64,000 nt of DNA from a virus. Its lineage: Duplodnaviria > Caudoviricetes. Under the pieces are notes generated by a model. The model saw nothing but the letters and a program-made list of their open reading frames with translations. It did no database searches and had not been told where the DNA came from. The stretch covers positions 192,001 through 256,000 of the IMG/VR virus record IMGVR_UViG_3300028591_000072; one strand, given 5' to 3'. Made by a program: the position numbers and the translations under genes. Of the stretch, positions 50,069 to 58,375 are shown piece after piece. How positions within the stretch are numbered: the first letter of the stretch is position 1; every line of letters begins with the position of its first letter.

Positions 50069-50097
50069 AATATACAAATTTTGGTTTATAATGTCAA
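50069..50097 (-). promoter_or_regulatory. Near-consensus sigma70-like promoter TTGACA-N17-TATATT
   Basis: Minus strand TTGACA ttataaaccaaaatttg TATATT, 16 nt before the ATG at 50052, immediately after a terminator. Confidence 0.7.
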
Positions 50098-50098
50098 A

Positions 50099-50123
50099 CA
50101 AAAAAAGCCGCTTTTGGCGGCTT
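50099..50123 (-). terminator. Rho-independent terminator (minus strand)
   Basis: AAGCCGC-TTTTG-GCGGCTT stem with a plus-strand A run (U tail on minus), downstream of the holin. Confidence 0.8.
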
Positions 50124-50148
50124 ATTTGTTAAATATATAAGATAGTTA

Positions 50149-50841
50149 TTATTCGTTATTAAATAAGACTGCAAATGTTGATGAATATTTCATTAAGACT
50201 CTTCTTATTTCTTCTTTACTTGGGATATTGTCTTTTGATGTATATACAACTCCGATTACGCCTGATGGATTATATGTTCCATACATCATTATTGCTGCCA
50301 TATATACAACATCTTCGTTTTTCAATCTGTAGTAAAGTTCAGGGTCTAAATTCACCAAATAATCAACAGGTTCTGCATAAAAGTTATTTTGGTATAATTC
50401 AGTTGCCCATGGATATCTTGATAGTCTTACATTTTTATATTCGCTTTCAAGCCATTGGTATGCTGATTTTGGTTCTGCATATGTAAGGTCAACATATAAG
50501 AACGGAAGACCGGCAAGATTTGAGCCACCGTTATGTGTTTCCAATATATAAGCTCTGTCTGCGTTCAATTCTGCTTTTAAAGCAATTAGGTTTTGTCTTA
50601 TGGATGGCTCATTGTTTAATCTTTTTATTACAGATTCTGTATGCTGTTCGCTGACGATTTTTTCAAAACGCTTTACCAATCCTTCTGGATTAAATACAAA
50701 TTGGCCAACGACAGAAACTAAGAAAACCATCATTAAAGTTATTATTATGTTTTGTATTCCTGCTTTTTTTATAAATCCGAATAATTTTTCAAACCATGTT
50801 AATGTGGCGTTTACTTGTTCAATTTTTTTATCGTTTTCCAT
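50149..50841 (-). CDS. Putative holin (single TM + GAF-like soluble domain, T4 gpT-like architecture)
   Basis: TM IIITLMMVFLVSVVGQFVF, then ELNADRAYILETHNGGSNLAGLPFLY...GVIGVVY GAF-like pattern. Confidence 0.65.
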   Translation of the reverse strand: MENDKKIEQVNATLTWFEKLFGFIKKAGIQNIIITLMMVFLVSVVGQFVFNPEGLVKRFEKIVSEQHTESVIKRLNNEPSIRQNLIALKAELNADRAYILETHNGGSNLAGLPFLYVDLTYAEPKSAYQWLESEYKNVRLSRYPWATELYQNNFYAEPVDYLVNLDPELYYRLKNEDVVYMAAIMMYGTYNPSGVIGVVYTSKDNIPSKEEIRRVLMKYSSTFAVLFNNE

Positions 50842-50859
50842 TTTTTAACCTCAACTTTA

Positions 50860-52119
50860 TTATTTTATTTTTCTTGCGTTGTTCAAAGTTGAATTAAAGT
50901 TTGCGTCTTCGTTCAGCCTTGAGTTTAATGTTGTGTTTGTGTCTGTTGATGAATATGAATAAAGGTCTTTCATTCTATTTAATGCTTCGTTCATACCTTG
51001 TTTGTTGCTGTGACTAATGATAACTCCTTTGTTGTTTTTCCATTCAACTAAATAAGTATTACCTGTTTTATCTTTCATTTTGAATTGTTCGCCTTCAGTT
51101 TTAAATTCATCAGGAATTCTTGAAAGCATATGACCTTCAGTTAAGAATTCGGTCTTTTTGAAATAAACAGTCTTAATGTTTTTGTGTTCCATTAATCCTT
51201 GCGCTTTTGTTCCTAATTGTGCATTTTTAACACGTGTCATGAAATCATCATTGTATTCATTTTCACCTGGTGCTGATTCATCAACCATAAGTTGCCCATA
51301 AATGTCTTTGAATATAACATTTCCAACTCTTGTTATTTCTCTTCCGTGGTAACCATATCCACTTCCAAGTTTTTGCCAAGTAAATGGAACATATTCACAA
51401 CTAATTTCATTCCACCAAGACTTTAAATAGTCTTCTAAAGACATACCTTCTTCACTGGCTTCTTTTTCAAAGTTTTCAACGCTGTTATTCCACCCTATAT
51501 CATATGATTTAACCATTCCCGGTTCCCCGTATTCACCTCTGTCATCTTCTTCTTTGTAGAAATCATCAAGTGAGCCATCGAAATTTTCTTGAAGGATTCT
51601 CATTTTATTAATCATTTGCTTCATATCAAATCCTTCTTTGCTTTCGTACATTTCTTCTCTGTCAAAAACTTTTTCAGGCCATTCTCTTCCTTGAAGCCCG
51701 GATTTTTTCATGTATTTTTCTCCGTTGTTGAGTTCTTGTCCGGATTTTTTAATTCCGTTGTAAATGTTTTCGTTATCAGAAAAGTCTCCTGATTTTTCGA
51801 TTTTGTTGTTTTTTTCAAGTTCTGAAGTATAACCATTAACTTGTGCTTTTACTCTTTTTTTGTAATCGTCACTAACATTATCAGGCTCATAATCTAATGT
51901 GGTTCTGTTTGCATCATTTTTTTCGTATTTAACTCGTTTGCCTCCTACGTTTTCAAGGCCACCATCATAATTTTTGGCCCTTTGTTTTGCATCTTTGTAA
52001 GCCTTGTCGTTAATGGACTTATTGTCTTTTTCAACATTCGGGCCGAGAACTGGCTTGAATTCATTTGAACTTTCCGCAATAAATCTTTTTAAATCGCCTA
52101 CTTTGAATGTTTTTTCCAT
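50860..52119 (-). CDS. Hypothetical virion/head-associated protein with recurrent (L/I/M)xE motifs
   Basis: 419 aa, hydrophilic; FIAES, MYES, ILQEN, LMEH, LTEG, LNED; in an operon headed by the ACTATTTAT motif. Confidence 0.55.
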   Translation of the reverse strand: MEKTFKVGDLKRFIAESSNEFKPVLGPNVEKDNKSINDKAYKDAKQRAKNYDGGLENVGGKRVKYEKNDANRTTLDYEPDNVSDDYKKRVKAQVNGYTSELEKNNKIEKSGDFSDNENIYNGIKKSGQELNNGEKYMKKSGLQGREWPEKVFDREEMYESKEGFDMKQMINKMRILQENFDGSLDDFYKEEDDRGEYGEPGMVKSYDIGWNNSVENFEKEASEEGMSLEDYLKSWWNEISCEYVPFTWQKLGSGYGYHGREITRVGNVIFKDIYGQLMVDESAPGENEYNDDFMTRVKNAQLGTKAQGLMEHKNIKTVYFKKTEFLTEGHMLSRIPDEFKTEGEQFKMKDKTGNTYLVEWKNNKGVIISHSNKQGMNEALNRMKDLYSYSSTDTNTTLNSRLNEDANFNSTLNNARKIK

Positions 52120-52149
52120 TTTATTTTATTTTATTTAGTTATTATATTC

Positions 52150-52347
52150 TTAATATGGGTAATACCCACCTCTTACTATTCCAATTGTTCCTGCATTTAT
52201 ATCAAACCCACGGCACATTCTTTGCATTAAAAGTTTTGTTAATTCTTCAGGATTTTGCTCTTTTTTAATTTTTTCGTTTAAAGAATTAATGTCTTTTACT
52301 GCTTGTGGGTCGAATCCGTTATTATATCTGTCTAATGAATTATTCAT
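52150..52347 (-). CDS. Hypothetical protein
   Basis: 65 aa, overlaps the upstream stop (coupled). Confidence 0.6.
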   Translation of the reverse strand: MNNSLDRYNNGFDPQAVKDINSLNEKIKKEQNPEELTKLLMQRMCRGFDINAGTIGIVRGGYYPY

Positions 52348-53392
52348 CGTAATTGAAAGTTGTTTTTAATATGTTTTTATGATTTAATGTTTCATCGTCA
52401 CCCGCAAACGGGACATCGTATTGGTAGTTTCCCGCATTACTTGTTGCTGTTGCCTCTTTTATATAGTCAATTTGTTCTTGAGTTAAATATACGCTTTTTC
52501 TTTTTATTGGTTTTCCGAATAGTGGTGTTGTAAATTGTCCGCTACTTTGTGCGTTTGTAGCACCAGCAACACCATCCATAGTTCCACCACCAACAGAACC
52601 GCCTTCGCCTTCTTCATTTATTCTTCTTTGTGCAATTGGCGTTTGTTCTGGCGTTGGAATTTCTTTCTGTGCGTTCATTATGTCATCCTGATATTGCAAT
52701 AATGAAACATCCTTGAGGACTTTTTTCAAACTTGATTTTATTTTTCTTGGCTCATCCCAAGAAGATACAAACTCTTCGTTGTTATATAAACTCCTTACTG
52801 CGTTTTTAACTAATTTAATTGCGTATGTGTATTTGTCGCTTAGTTGTATTTCATCGTCTTTGTATTTTTTAAGGAAATCAACCAAAACGCCAACGTGTGC
52901 CCATAAATTTTGGAAATCATATGAATACATTGAGTTTGAAACATTTGAACACAATACATTTAATGAAATTCCTGCAAATTCAGATTGTAAATCAAGTGCT
53001 GAATCGTTTTGTAGAATGTCATAACCCCAAGCGCCCTCTTCTAATGTTCTTGCTATTAAATTTTGTTCAAACAAATTAGTGTATAAGTTTCTTAACTTTT
53101 TCTTAAAGTCTTTTCTTGGTATGCAATATTTTATTTCAAATGTATCTTTATTTCTGTTTCCATTTTCATCATATCCATTATCCTTTATTCGTTCATTTCT
53201 TATGATAATTGCACTGTATTCATCATTTGGGTCTGTTTTCATTAAAAGCATTTTAAGTGCTGATGGGGCATCAATACCAAATCCATGCAAGAAATCGTCA
53301 GTATCTGCCTTTAATGGTTGATTTAACAATTCTTTCATGTAGTCTTTCATGTGCTCAATGAAAGCATATCGTGTCATTTTTTCTTTACCCAT
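52340..53392 (-). CDS. Modular hypothetical (putative head-internal) protein containing a DUF4259-like domain
   Basis: Internal TLEE-GAWGYDILQNDSALDL matches the GAWG....NDxAxD start of DUF4259; then RINEEG, G-rich linker, SVYLTQEQIDYIKEA. Confidence 0.6.
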   Translation of the reverse strand: MGKEKMTRYAFIEHMKDYMKELLNQPLKADTDDFLHGFGIDAPSALKMLLMKTDPNDEYSAIIIRNERIKDNGYDENGNRNKDTFEIKYCIPRKDFKKKLRNLYTNLFEQNLIARTLEEGAWGYDILQNDSALDLQSEFAGISLNVLCSNVSNSMYSYDFQNLWAHVGVLVDFLKKYKDDEIQLSDKYTYAIKLVKNAVRSLYNNEEFVSSWDEPRKIKSSLKKVLKDVSLLQYQDDIMNAQKEIPTPEQTPIAQRRINEEGEGGSVGGGTMDGVAGATNAQSSGQFTTPLFGKPIKRKSVYLTQEQIDYIKEATATSNAGNYQYDVPFAGDDETLNHKNILKTTFNYDE

Positions 53393-53395
53393 AGT

Positions 53396-53641
53396 TTATC
53401 CCCTTTTGATTTCATCTTCATAGAAGTTACGGCGTTGCCATAATGTCCTGAATAAAGTGTTAACGGATGCGGCTACAAGTTCCCTAACTCGTTTTTCGAT
53501 GTCTCCTTTAACCCTGTGGTCTTTTAATGCATCTTTAACGGCAGAAACAATGTCTTCTTTGTTGATTCCATTTTCCTCAAGAATTTGGTTTTCAACAATC
53601 GTTTTCATCATTTCTTCCGTTATTATCACTTTTTTTGACAT
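53396..53641 (-). CDS. Small hypothetical (putative head-associated) protein
   Basis: MSKKVIITEEMMKTIVENQILEEN leader; first gene after the ACTATTTAT motif. Confidence 0.65.
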   Translation of the reverse strand: MSKKVIITEEMMKTIVENQILEENGINKEDIVSAVKDALKDHRVKGDIEKRVRELVAASVNTLFRTLWQRRNFYEDEIKRG

Positions 53642-53671
53642 GTTATATCAATTAACAATTTTTATTCACAT

Positions 53672-53680
53672 ATAAATAGT
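53672..53680 (-). promoter_or_regulatory. Putative late-promoter motif ACTATTTAT (minus strand)
   Basis: Plus-strand ATAAATAGT, about 31 nt upstream of the ATG at 53641 and just downstream of a terminator. Confidence 0.65.
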
Positions 53681-53691
53681 ATAAATAAACA

Positions 53692-53717
53692 AAAAGCCAG
53701 TCAAAAGACCGGCTTTT
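53692..53717 (-). terminator. Rho-independent terminator
   Basis: AAAAGCCAGTC-AAAA-GACCGGCTTTT stem (G-U pair on the minus strand) after gene 53743..54258. Confidence 0.75.
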
Positions 53718-53742
53718 ATTATATTATCAAATATAATAACAA

Positions 53743-54258
53743 TTATGATTCTTTAATGTGATTTGCCATTTGCTCAAGCGTTGATGATTCCATATTCCAC
53801 TGCTCTTTCCAATTTTGGTAGAATCCGTAAAGTTTGTTAAGGATTTCCAAATTTTTGTCGTTAAGTAAAAGGCCATTTGTGGTTAAAAAACAACCATCAC
53901 CAGTATTTGTGCGTAATTTAAATTGGAACTTAAGATTGTTTAGGCAAGGAATAACTCCACTGAATATTAGGTTGTTTTCGTTTGGCATGTATATAAGTGG
54001 AGATTCGCTAACGTTGTTTGAATCTGGCTTTGAAAATTGTGCACCGCTTTCAACAGATACCCTAAACTGTTGTATTTGGTTTGTCAATGTGTTTTGCCCG
54101 AACATTGGGTCATCTGTAATTGCTATTCCGTCAGCTGCTATGTGTTTTTTTTCTTCTTCGTTAAGAAATGTTTTTTTCCTATTGCTTGATTCTTCTATTT
54201 TTCTGATTTTATCAAGCATTGTTCTTGTGTAGTCAATGTTTTCTATTTTTTTCCCCAT
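53743..54258 (-). CDS. Hypothetical phage protein
   Basis: 171 aa; TRTMLDKIRKIEE...FLNEE leader followed by a globular domain. Confidence 0.7.
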   Translation of the reverse strand: MGKKIENIDYTRTMLDKIRKIEESSNRKKTFLNEEEKKHIAADGIAITDDPMFGQNTLTNQIQQFRVSVESGAQFSKPDSNNVSESPLIYMPNENNLIFSGVIPCLNNLKFQFKLRTNTGDGCFLTTNGLLLNDKNLEILNKLYGFYQNWKEQWNMESSTLEQMANHIKES

Positions 54259-54260
54259 AA

Positions 54261-54728
54261 TTACATGTCATATCCAATTCCATTCCACCAAGAAGTTATG
54301 TTATCATTTCTTTTTGTGGAATTTATTATTTTTTCAGCATCCTTTTTTAATAATTGTGCTCGTTTTAATTCTTCTTCTATTATTTTTTTTGCCTGCTCCG
54401 GCTCTTTTTTTAACTTATCATTAAACGCCTTTTTTGATTCTTCAAAATCGCTTATCTTTTCTTCAGTTTCTTTTATGGAAGCAATGGCCTCTTGTGTTTT
54501 CTTCTCTATTTCTTCTTCAATGCCATTTGTGCTAAATTCTGCATTGACGCTGTTCATTGAATCGTATATTTCGTTGAAATTCGGTCTGATTTCTGATACT
54601 TCTTGCTTTTCTTGCGTGTTTTCAAGTTCGTTTATTTTTTCTTCAATTATGTCAAGTTCACTTTTTTTTACTGTTTTCTTTTTTTTTGTGACTTGTTTTG
54701 AATCTTGATTTTTTGTCTGTTTTTCCAT
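54261..54728 (-). CDS. Hypothetical coiled-coil protein
   Basis: 155 aa, E/K-rich heptads, ends WWNGIGYDM. Confidence 0.7.
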   Translation of the reverse strand: MEKQTKNQDSKQVTKKKKTVKKSELDIIEEKINELENTQEKQEVSEIRPNFNEIYDSMNSVNAEFSTNGIEEEIEKKTQEAIASIKETEEKISDFEESKKAFNDKLKKEPEQAKKIIEEELKRAQLLKKDAEKIINSTKRNDNITSWWNGIGYDM

Positions 54729-54801
54729 AAATTATTTATTTATAATAAATATAATGTTATAATAAATATTATCAATAAAAAGGCGGATTTTTGACACCTT
54801 T

Positions 54802-55518
54802 TTATTTGAACGTATCTGATGTGATTGAGTTTTTCAGCGCTTCAGTTCTTAGTTTTTTTAATGCACATTCTTTTATTTGCCTTATACGTTCTTTTGTTAA
54901 TCCTATTTTTGCGCCTATTTCTTCCAAAGTAAGTTCTTCAGTATAATTTAGGCCAAAGTAATTTGAAATTACGTATTTTTCACGGTCATTAAGTACATTC
55001 ATTAAATTATTTATTACAGACAAGTCATCTGTTTTTTTTATTTCATCAAAATTAAATACTTCGATAAAATTGTCATGCTCTATAATCTCGTATTCTGAAT
55101 CCTGACTTGATTCTTCTTCGTTGTTTTCTTGTGTAAGTGTTTCATCTCCTTTCAATAAATTTCGTTTTTTTAATGCCTCCAATATTGTTTGCCTAATCCA
55201 CCAAACAGAGTAACTAATTGTCTTAAAGCCTTTTTTGTGGTCAAATTTATCAAGTGCCTTAATCAGCCCAATGTTTCCTTCTGATATTAGGTCGGAATAC
55301 GATAATCCCATTCCAATATAAGGTTTTGCAACACTTGCAACAAATTTTAAATTTGATTTAATTATTTTATCTCGTGCTGATAAATCATTGTTTTTTTTAT
55401 ATTGTTCCCATAAAGTATATTCTTCTTCTTTACTTAATGGGGACAATTTGCTTATTTCTTTAAAGTAATCCACTGAACTTCTTTCAAAATCAATAATTTT
55501 CTTTTTCTTTTTATGCAT
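54802..55518 (-). CDS. Phage-encoded RNA polymerase sigma-70 family factor (regions 1.2, 2 and 4; region 3 largely missing)
   Basis: YFKEISKLSPLSKEEE (r1.2); NLKFVASVAK...DLISEGNIGLIKALDKFD..KGFKTISYSVWWIRQTI (r2); LTLEEIG..IGLTKERIRQIKECALKKL (r4). Confidence 0.93.
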   Translation of the reverse strand: MHKKKKKIIDFERSSVDYFKEISKLSPLSKEEEYTLWEQYKKNNDLSARDKIIKSNLKFVASVAKPYIGMGLSYSDLISEGNIGLIKALDKFDHKKGFKTISYSVWWIRQTILEALKKRNLLKGDETLTQENNEEESSQDSEYEIIEHDNFIEVFNFDEIKKTDDLSVINNLMNVLNDREKYVISNYFGLNYTEELTLEEIGAKIGLTKERIRQIKECALKKLRTEALKNSITSDTFK

Positions 55519-55542
55519 TTAACCATATAAGATACCTTATTA

Positions 55543-57912
55543 TTAATAGTTTGATTTAATACTTGAAATATTATTTTCTTTTACAATTGTAATTATATCT
55601 GTATACCAGTCTAAATCAACGTGACATACATTTAAAATGAAATCATAATATTCTGTTATCTTGTCATAAAGTTTTTTCATGTCATCGTAATTTTCTTTTG
55701 CTACTGTTCCTAAGATTTCATCAAGCAATATAAACGGGGGCTTTGATAACTTAGATAATCTTCCAAGAATAACACGCAAAGCCAAAGATGCTTGTGTTCT
55801 TTCAAGTCCTGAAGCGGCAGACAGCCTGGTTTTTATTCCGTCACGTATTAATAAGAAATCAATATCATTTTTATCATTCATAGTGATTTCTACGTTAAAA
55901 TCGGAAACATCGTTAAGAAGTCTATGCAATTCAGCATTGATAATTGGCAATGTATTCCTGAGCACCATTTTACTGATACCATCCTTTCCAATCATTTGTA
56001 AATAGAGCTTCCAATATTTTTCAACTTTTCTTTCTTCTTCAATTTTCACTATGAAGCTATTTTTTTGTGAAATTGCTTCAGTTATTCTTGAAATTTCCTT
56101 TTCGTCACTTGAAATTGTGGAAACTGAAGCGTTCTTGATTCTGTCTTCGGTCTTTATGTTTGTGTCTATTATATTGATTTGTGCATCAATTTCACCGTTT
56201 TTCGTTATAGCATCCTTGCTTTTGTTTACATCGGATAACAATTGGGATTGCTCTTTATAGTCAAGCCTCATTGTTGAAATGTCAGACCTTAATGTTGCAA
56301 TTTTCAATTCTAATTTTGATTTTTCTTGCGATTGCTTTCTTTTTTCTTCTATCAATGCAATTTCTTTTTCAACTTCTTCAAGCCTTTTCTTTGATTCAAT
56401 CCCTTCTTTTGTGTATGATTCGATTTTATTTTTATTTTCCTCTATAACTGATGAGTTATCTACATTGTCTAACTTTCGTTTGCAAGTTGGACAATATTCG
56501 GCTTTTTCCAATTTAACATTTGTATCTCTTAAATTGGTAATTAATACTCGTAATTCAGATGTTTTTGAAACCAAAGTTGATTTTTCATTGTTTAGTTTCT
56601 TGTATTCTTCTTCTGAAAATTCTATATTTCCGTATTGCTTAAGTTGCGATTCAAGGTATTTTAGGTCTTCACCTTTTTTCTTTCCGTCTTCAACAAGTGA
56701 TTTAATTTTTGCTTCAAGAGTCGTAACGTTTATTTTGAGCAAAGAAGGGTCTACTTGCTGTTTTGAAGATAATAATACATCTCTTGTTTTGCTATATTCT
56801 GTAATTTTTTTGTCACATTGTTCAATGATTGAATTGTTTTTTTCAATATCTTTTGAAATGGCTTCTTTTTGCTCTTTAAGACCGGATATTTCTTCTTCGA
56901 GTTGTACCTTATTGTACATATCAGAATATCTTCCAACTGATATTTCTTTGTTCCATTTTTCTCTTGCCCTTACGTCCTTATCTTCAATAACAGATAATCC
57001 AATCCATCTTGCAAGAAGTCTTCCTTTTTCTGTTTCTGTTAGCGAGATAAGGCTGTCAAGGTCCTTTGCGTTGGCGCTGATTATCAAGTCGAAATCACTT
57101 TCATTACCGAGTGCTTCTTTAATTATTGCACTTGTTTCTTTTGCTGAAGTTCCTTGTTGGTTTTCATCCGAAAGGAGTTCTTCACTTCCATCGCAAAGTA
57201 CCTTATAATATTCAACTTTATTGGTTACTGTCTTTGTCTTTTTACCCTGAGCAGGTCTTGTTAATGTTCTTTTAATGACATAATCATCACCATCAATGTT
57301 TATACAGCCTTCAACCGTTAATGTTCTTTCATCAGGCAAATAGTTATTAAACAATTCTCCTAATGTTTTTGCCTTATCGGTGTTTGTTTTTCCAAATAAC
57401 AAAAAATGCAAAATATCGTATGCAAATGTTGATTTTCCGCTTTTGTTTGCTGGCTCACCGTTGAGAAGGACCAATCCATGAAGTTTTGTAAAGTCAAAAA
57501 AGTTACTTGGACCATATGATAAGAAATTGCTCCACCTAACCCATTTAATGGAATAACTTTTTGCCTTATTGTATAATGTATAGTCAATAAGTGAATTTAT
57601 TTGGCTATCAATTTTTATAATTTCATTAAAGTCAATGTCTTCAATTTTGTTTTCAACAATGTATTGTTTCATTAATTCTTGTTGAAACTTTGGGTCATTA
57701 ATGTCTTGAATGGCTTCATATGCAATTGAGCCATCTTTTCCGTGTGATGTTGAAAATTTTGGTTCAACTTTAATGTTCTTTGATGGTATTCCATATTTTT
57801 GTGCCATCAACGAAATTATGCTTTTTTCTTGCTCTTTTGAATAATTTGTTGGTGATACGTTCCACACAATACAAACTTTTGCGTTTTGGCCTATTTCTAT
57901 TTTCTTCGTCAT
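55543..57912 (-). CDS. sbcC: SbcC/Rad50/T4 gp46-like SMC-family recombination ATPase
   Basis: NFLSYG, Walker A GEPANKSGKST, coiled coils with CPTC zinc hook, signature SGLER, Walker B ILLDE, H-loop VCH. Confidence 0.9.
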   Translation of the reverse strand: MTKKIEIGQNAKVCIVWNVSPTNYSKEQEKSIISLMAQKYGIPSKNIKVEPKFSTSHGKDGSIAYEAIQDINDPKFQQELMKQYIVENKIEDIDFNEIIKIDSQINSLIDYTLYNKAKSYSIKWVRWSNFLSYGPSNFFDFTKLHGLVLLNGEPANKSGKSTFAYDILHFLLFGKTNTDKAKTLGELFNNYLPDERTLTVEGCINIDGDDYVIKRTLTRPAQGKKTKTVTNKVEYYKVLCDGSEELLSDENQQGTSAKETSAIIKEALGNESDFDLIISANAKDLDSLISLTETEKGRLLARWIGLSVIEDKDVRAREKWNKEISVGRYSDMYNKVQLEEEISGLKEQKEAISKDIEKNNSIIEQCDKKITEYSKTRDVLLSSKQQVDPSLLKINVTTLEAKIKSLVEDGKKKGEDLKYLESQLKQYGNIEFSEEEYKKLNNEKSTLVSKTSELRVLITNLRDTNVKLEKAEYCPTCKRKLDNVDNSSVIEENKNKIESYTKEGIESKKRLEEVEKEIALIEEKRKQSQEKSKLELKIATLRSDISTMRLDYKEQSQLLSDVNKSKDAITKNGEIDAQINIIDTNIKTEDRIKNASVSTISSDEKEISRITEAISQKNSFIVKIEEERKVEKYWKLYLQMIGKDGISKMVLRNTLPIINAELHRLLNDVSDFNVEITMNDKNDIDFLLIRDGIKTRLSAASGLERTQASLALRVILGRLSKLSKPPFILLDEILGTVAKENYDDMKKLYDKITEYYDFILNVCHVDLDWYTDIITIVKENNISSIKSNY

Positions 57913-57918
57913 ACTATG

Positions 57919-58275
57919 TTATTTTAATTCTCTTGTTCTTTTTTTTCTTGTTTCAGGCTGTTTTTTTGCCTCTTCTATATTTTCAGTAGGAATTTCATCG
58001 GGAAAAACTTCAGTTTTACTAATTGGCGTTACAGGAATTAGTTCTGTTGCAACTGGTTCAATATGCGGCTCAATTGGCTCTACATATTTAATGGGAACTA
58101 CATTACCTTTTAATTGCTCAACAATGCCAAATGGAATGTCACCATATTTTATTGTGTTTAGCCCTTTTTTTAGTAGGTCACAGCAAAATACGTTAACTTT
58201 CAGTCCGTTTAAATCACAATATTTTTTAATATCGTTATATAAATTATCGTTTATTGATATGCTATGATTTGCCAT
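57919..58275 (-). CDS. Putative ribbon-helix-helix DNA-binding protein
   Basis: HSISINDNLYNDIKKYCDLNGLKVNVFCCDLLKKG fits strand-helix-helix; low-complexity Pro/Glu tail. Confidence 0.6.
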   Translation of the reverse strand: MANHSISINDNLYNDIKKYCDLNGLKVNVFCCDLLKKGLNTIKYGDIPFGIVEQLKGNVVPIKYVEPIEPHIEPVATELIPVTPISKTEVFPDEIPTENIEEAKKQPETRKKRTRELK

Positions 58276-58290
58276 TTATATTTTTTATAT

Positions 58291-58319
58291 TATATACAAA
58301 AAAAATGTGTAAACCACAA
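58291..58319 (-). promoter_or_regulatory. Sigma70-like promoter TTGTGG-N17-TATATA
   Basis: Same TTG...N17...TTTGTATAT architecture as at 46628 and 50069; heads the RHH-sbcC-sigma operon. Confidence 0.5.
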
Positions 58320-58327
58320 ACTTTTTA

Positions 58328-58356
58328 TTTACAAAATCAATTAAATATGTTATTTT
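58328..58356 (+). promoter_or_regulatory. Divergent sigma70-like promoter TTTACA-N17-TATTTT
   Basis: Upstream of the ATG at 58376 in the divergent intergenic gap. Confidence 0.4.
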
Positions 58357-58375
58357 TTATGAAAATTGTATATAG

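Noticed and set aside
56279-57208. 309-aa plus-strand ORF (also 54265..54708 and 46598..47215)
   Set aside because: Ser/Phe/Leu-rich mirrors of K/E-rich coiled-coil or basic genes on the opposite strand.
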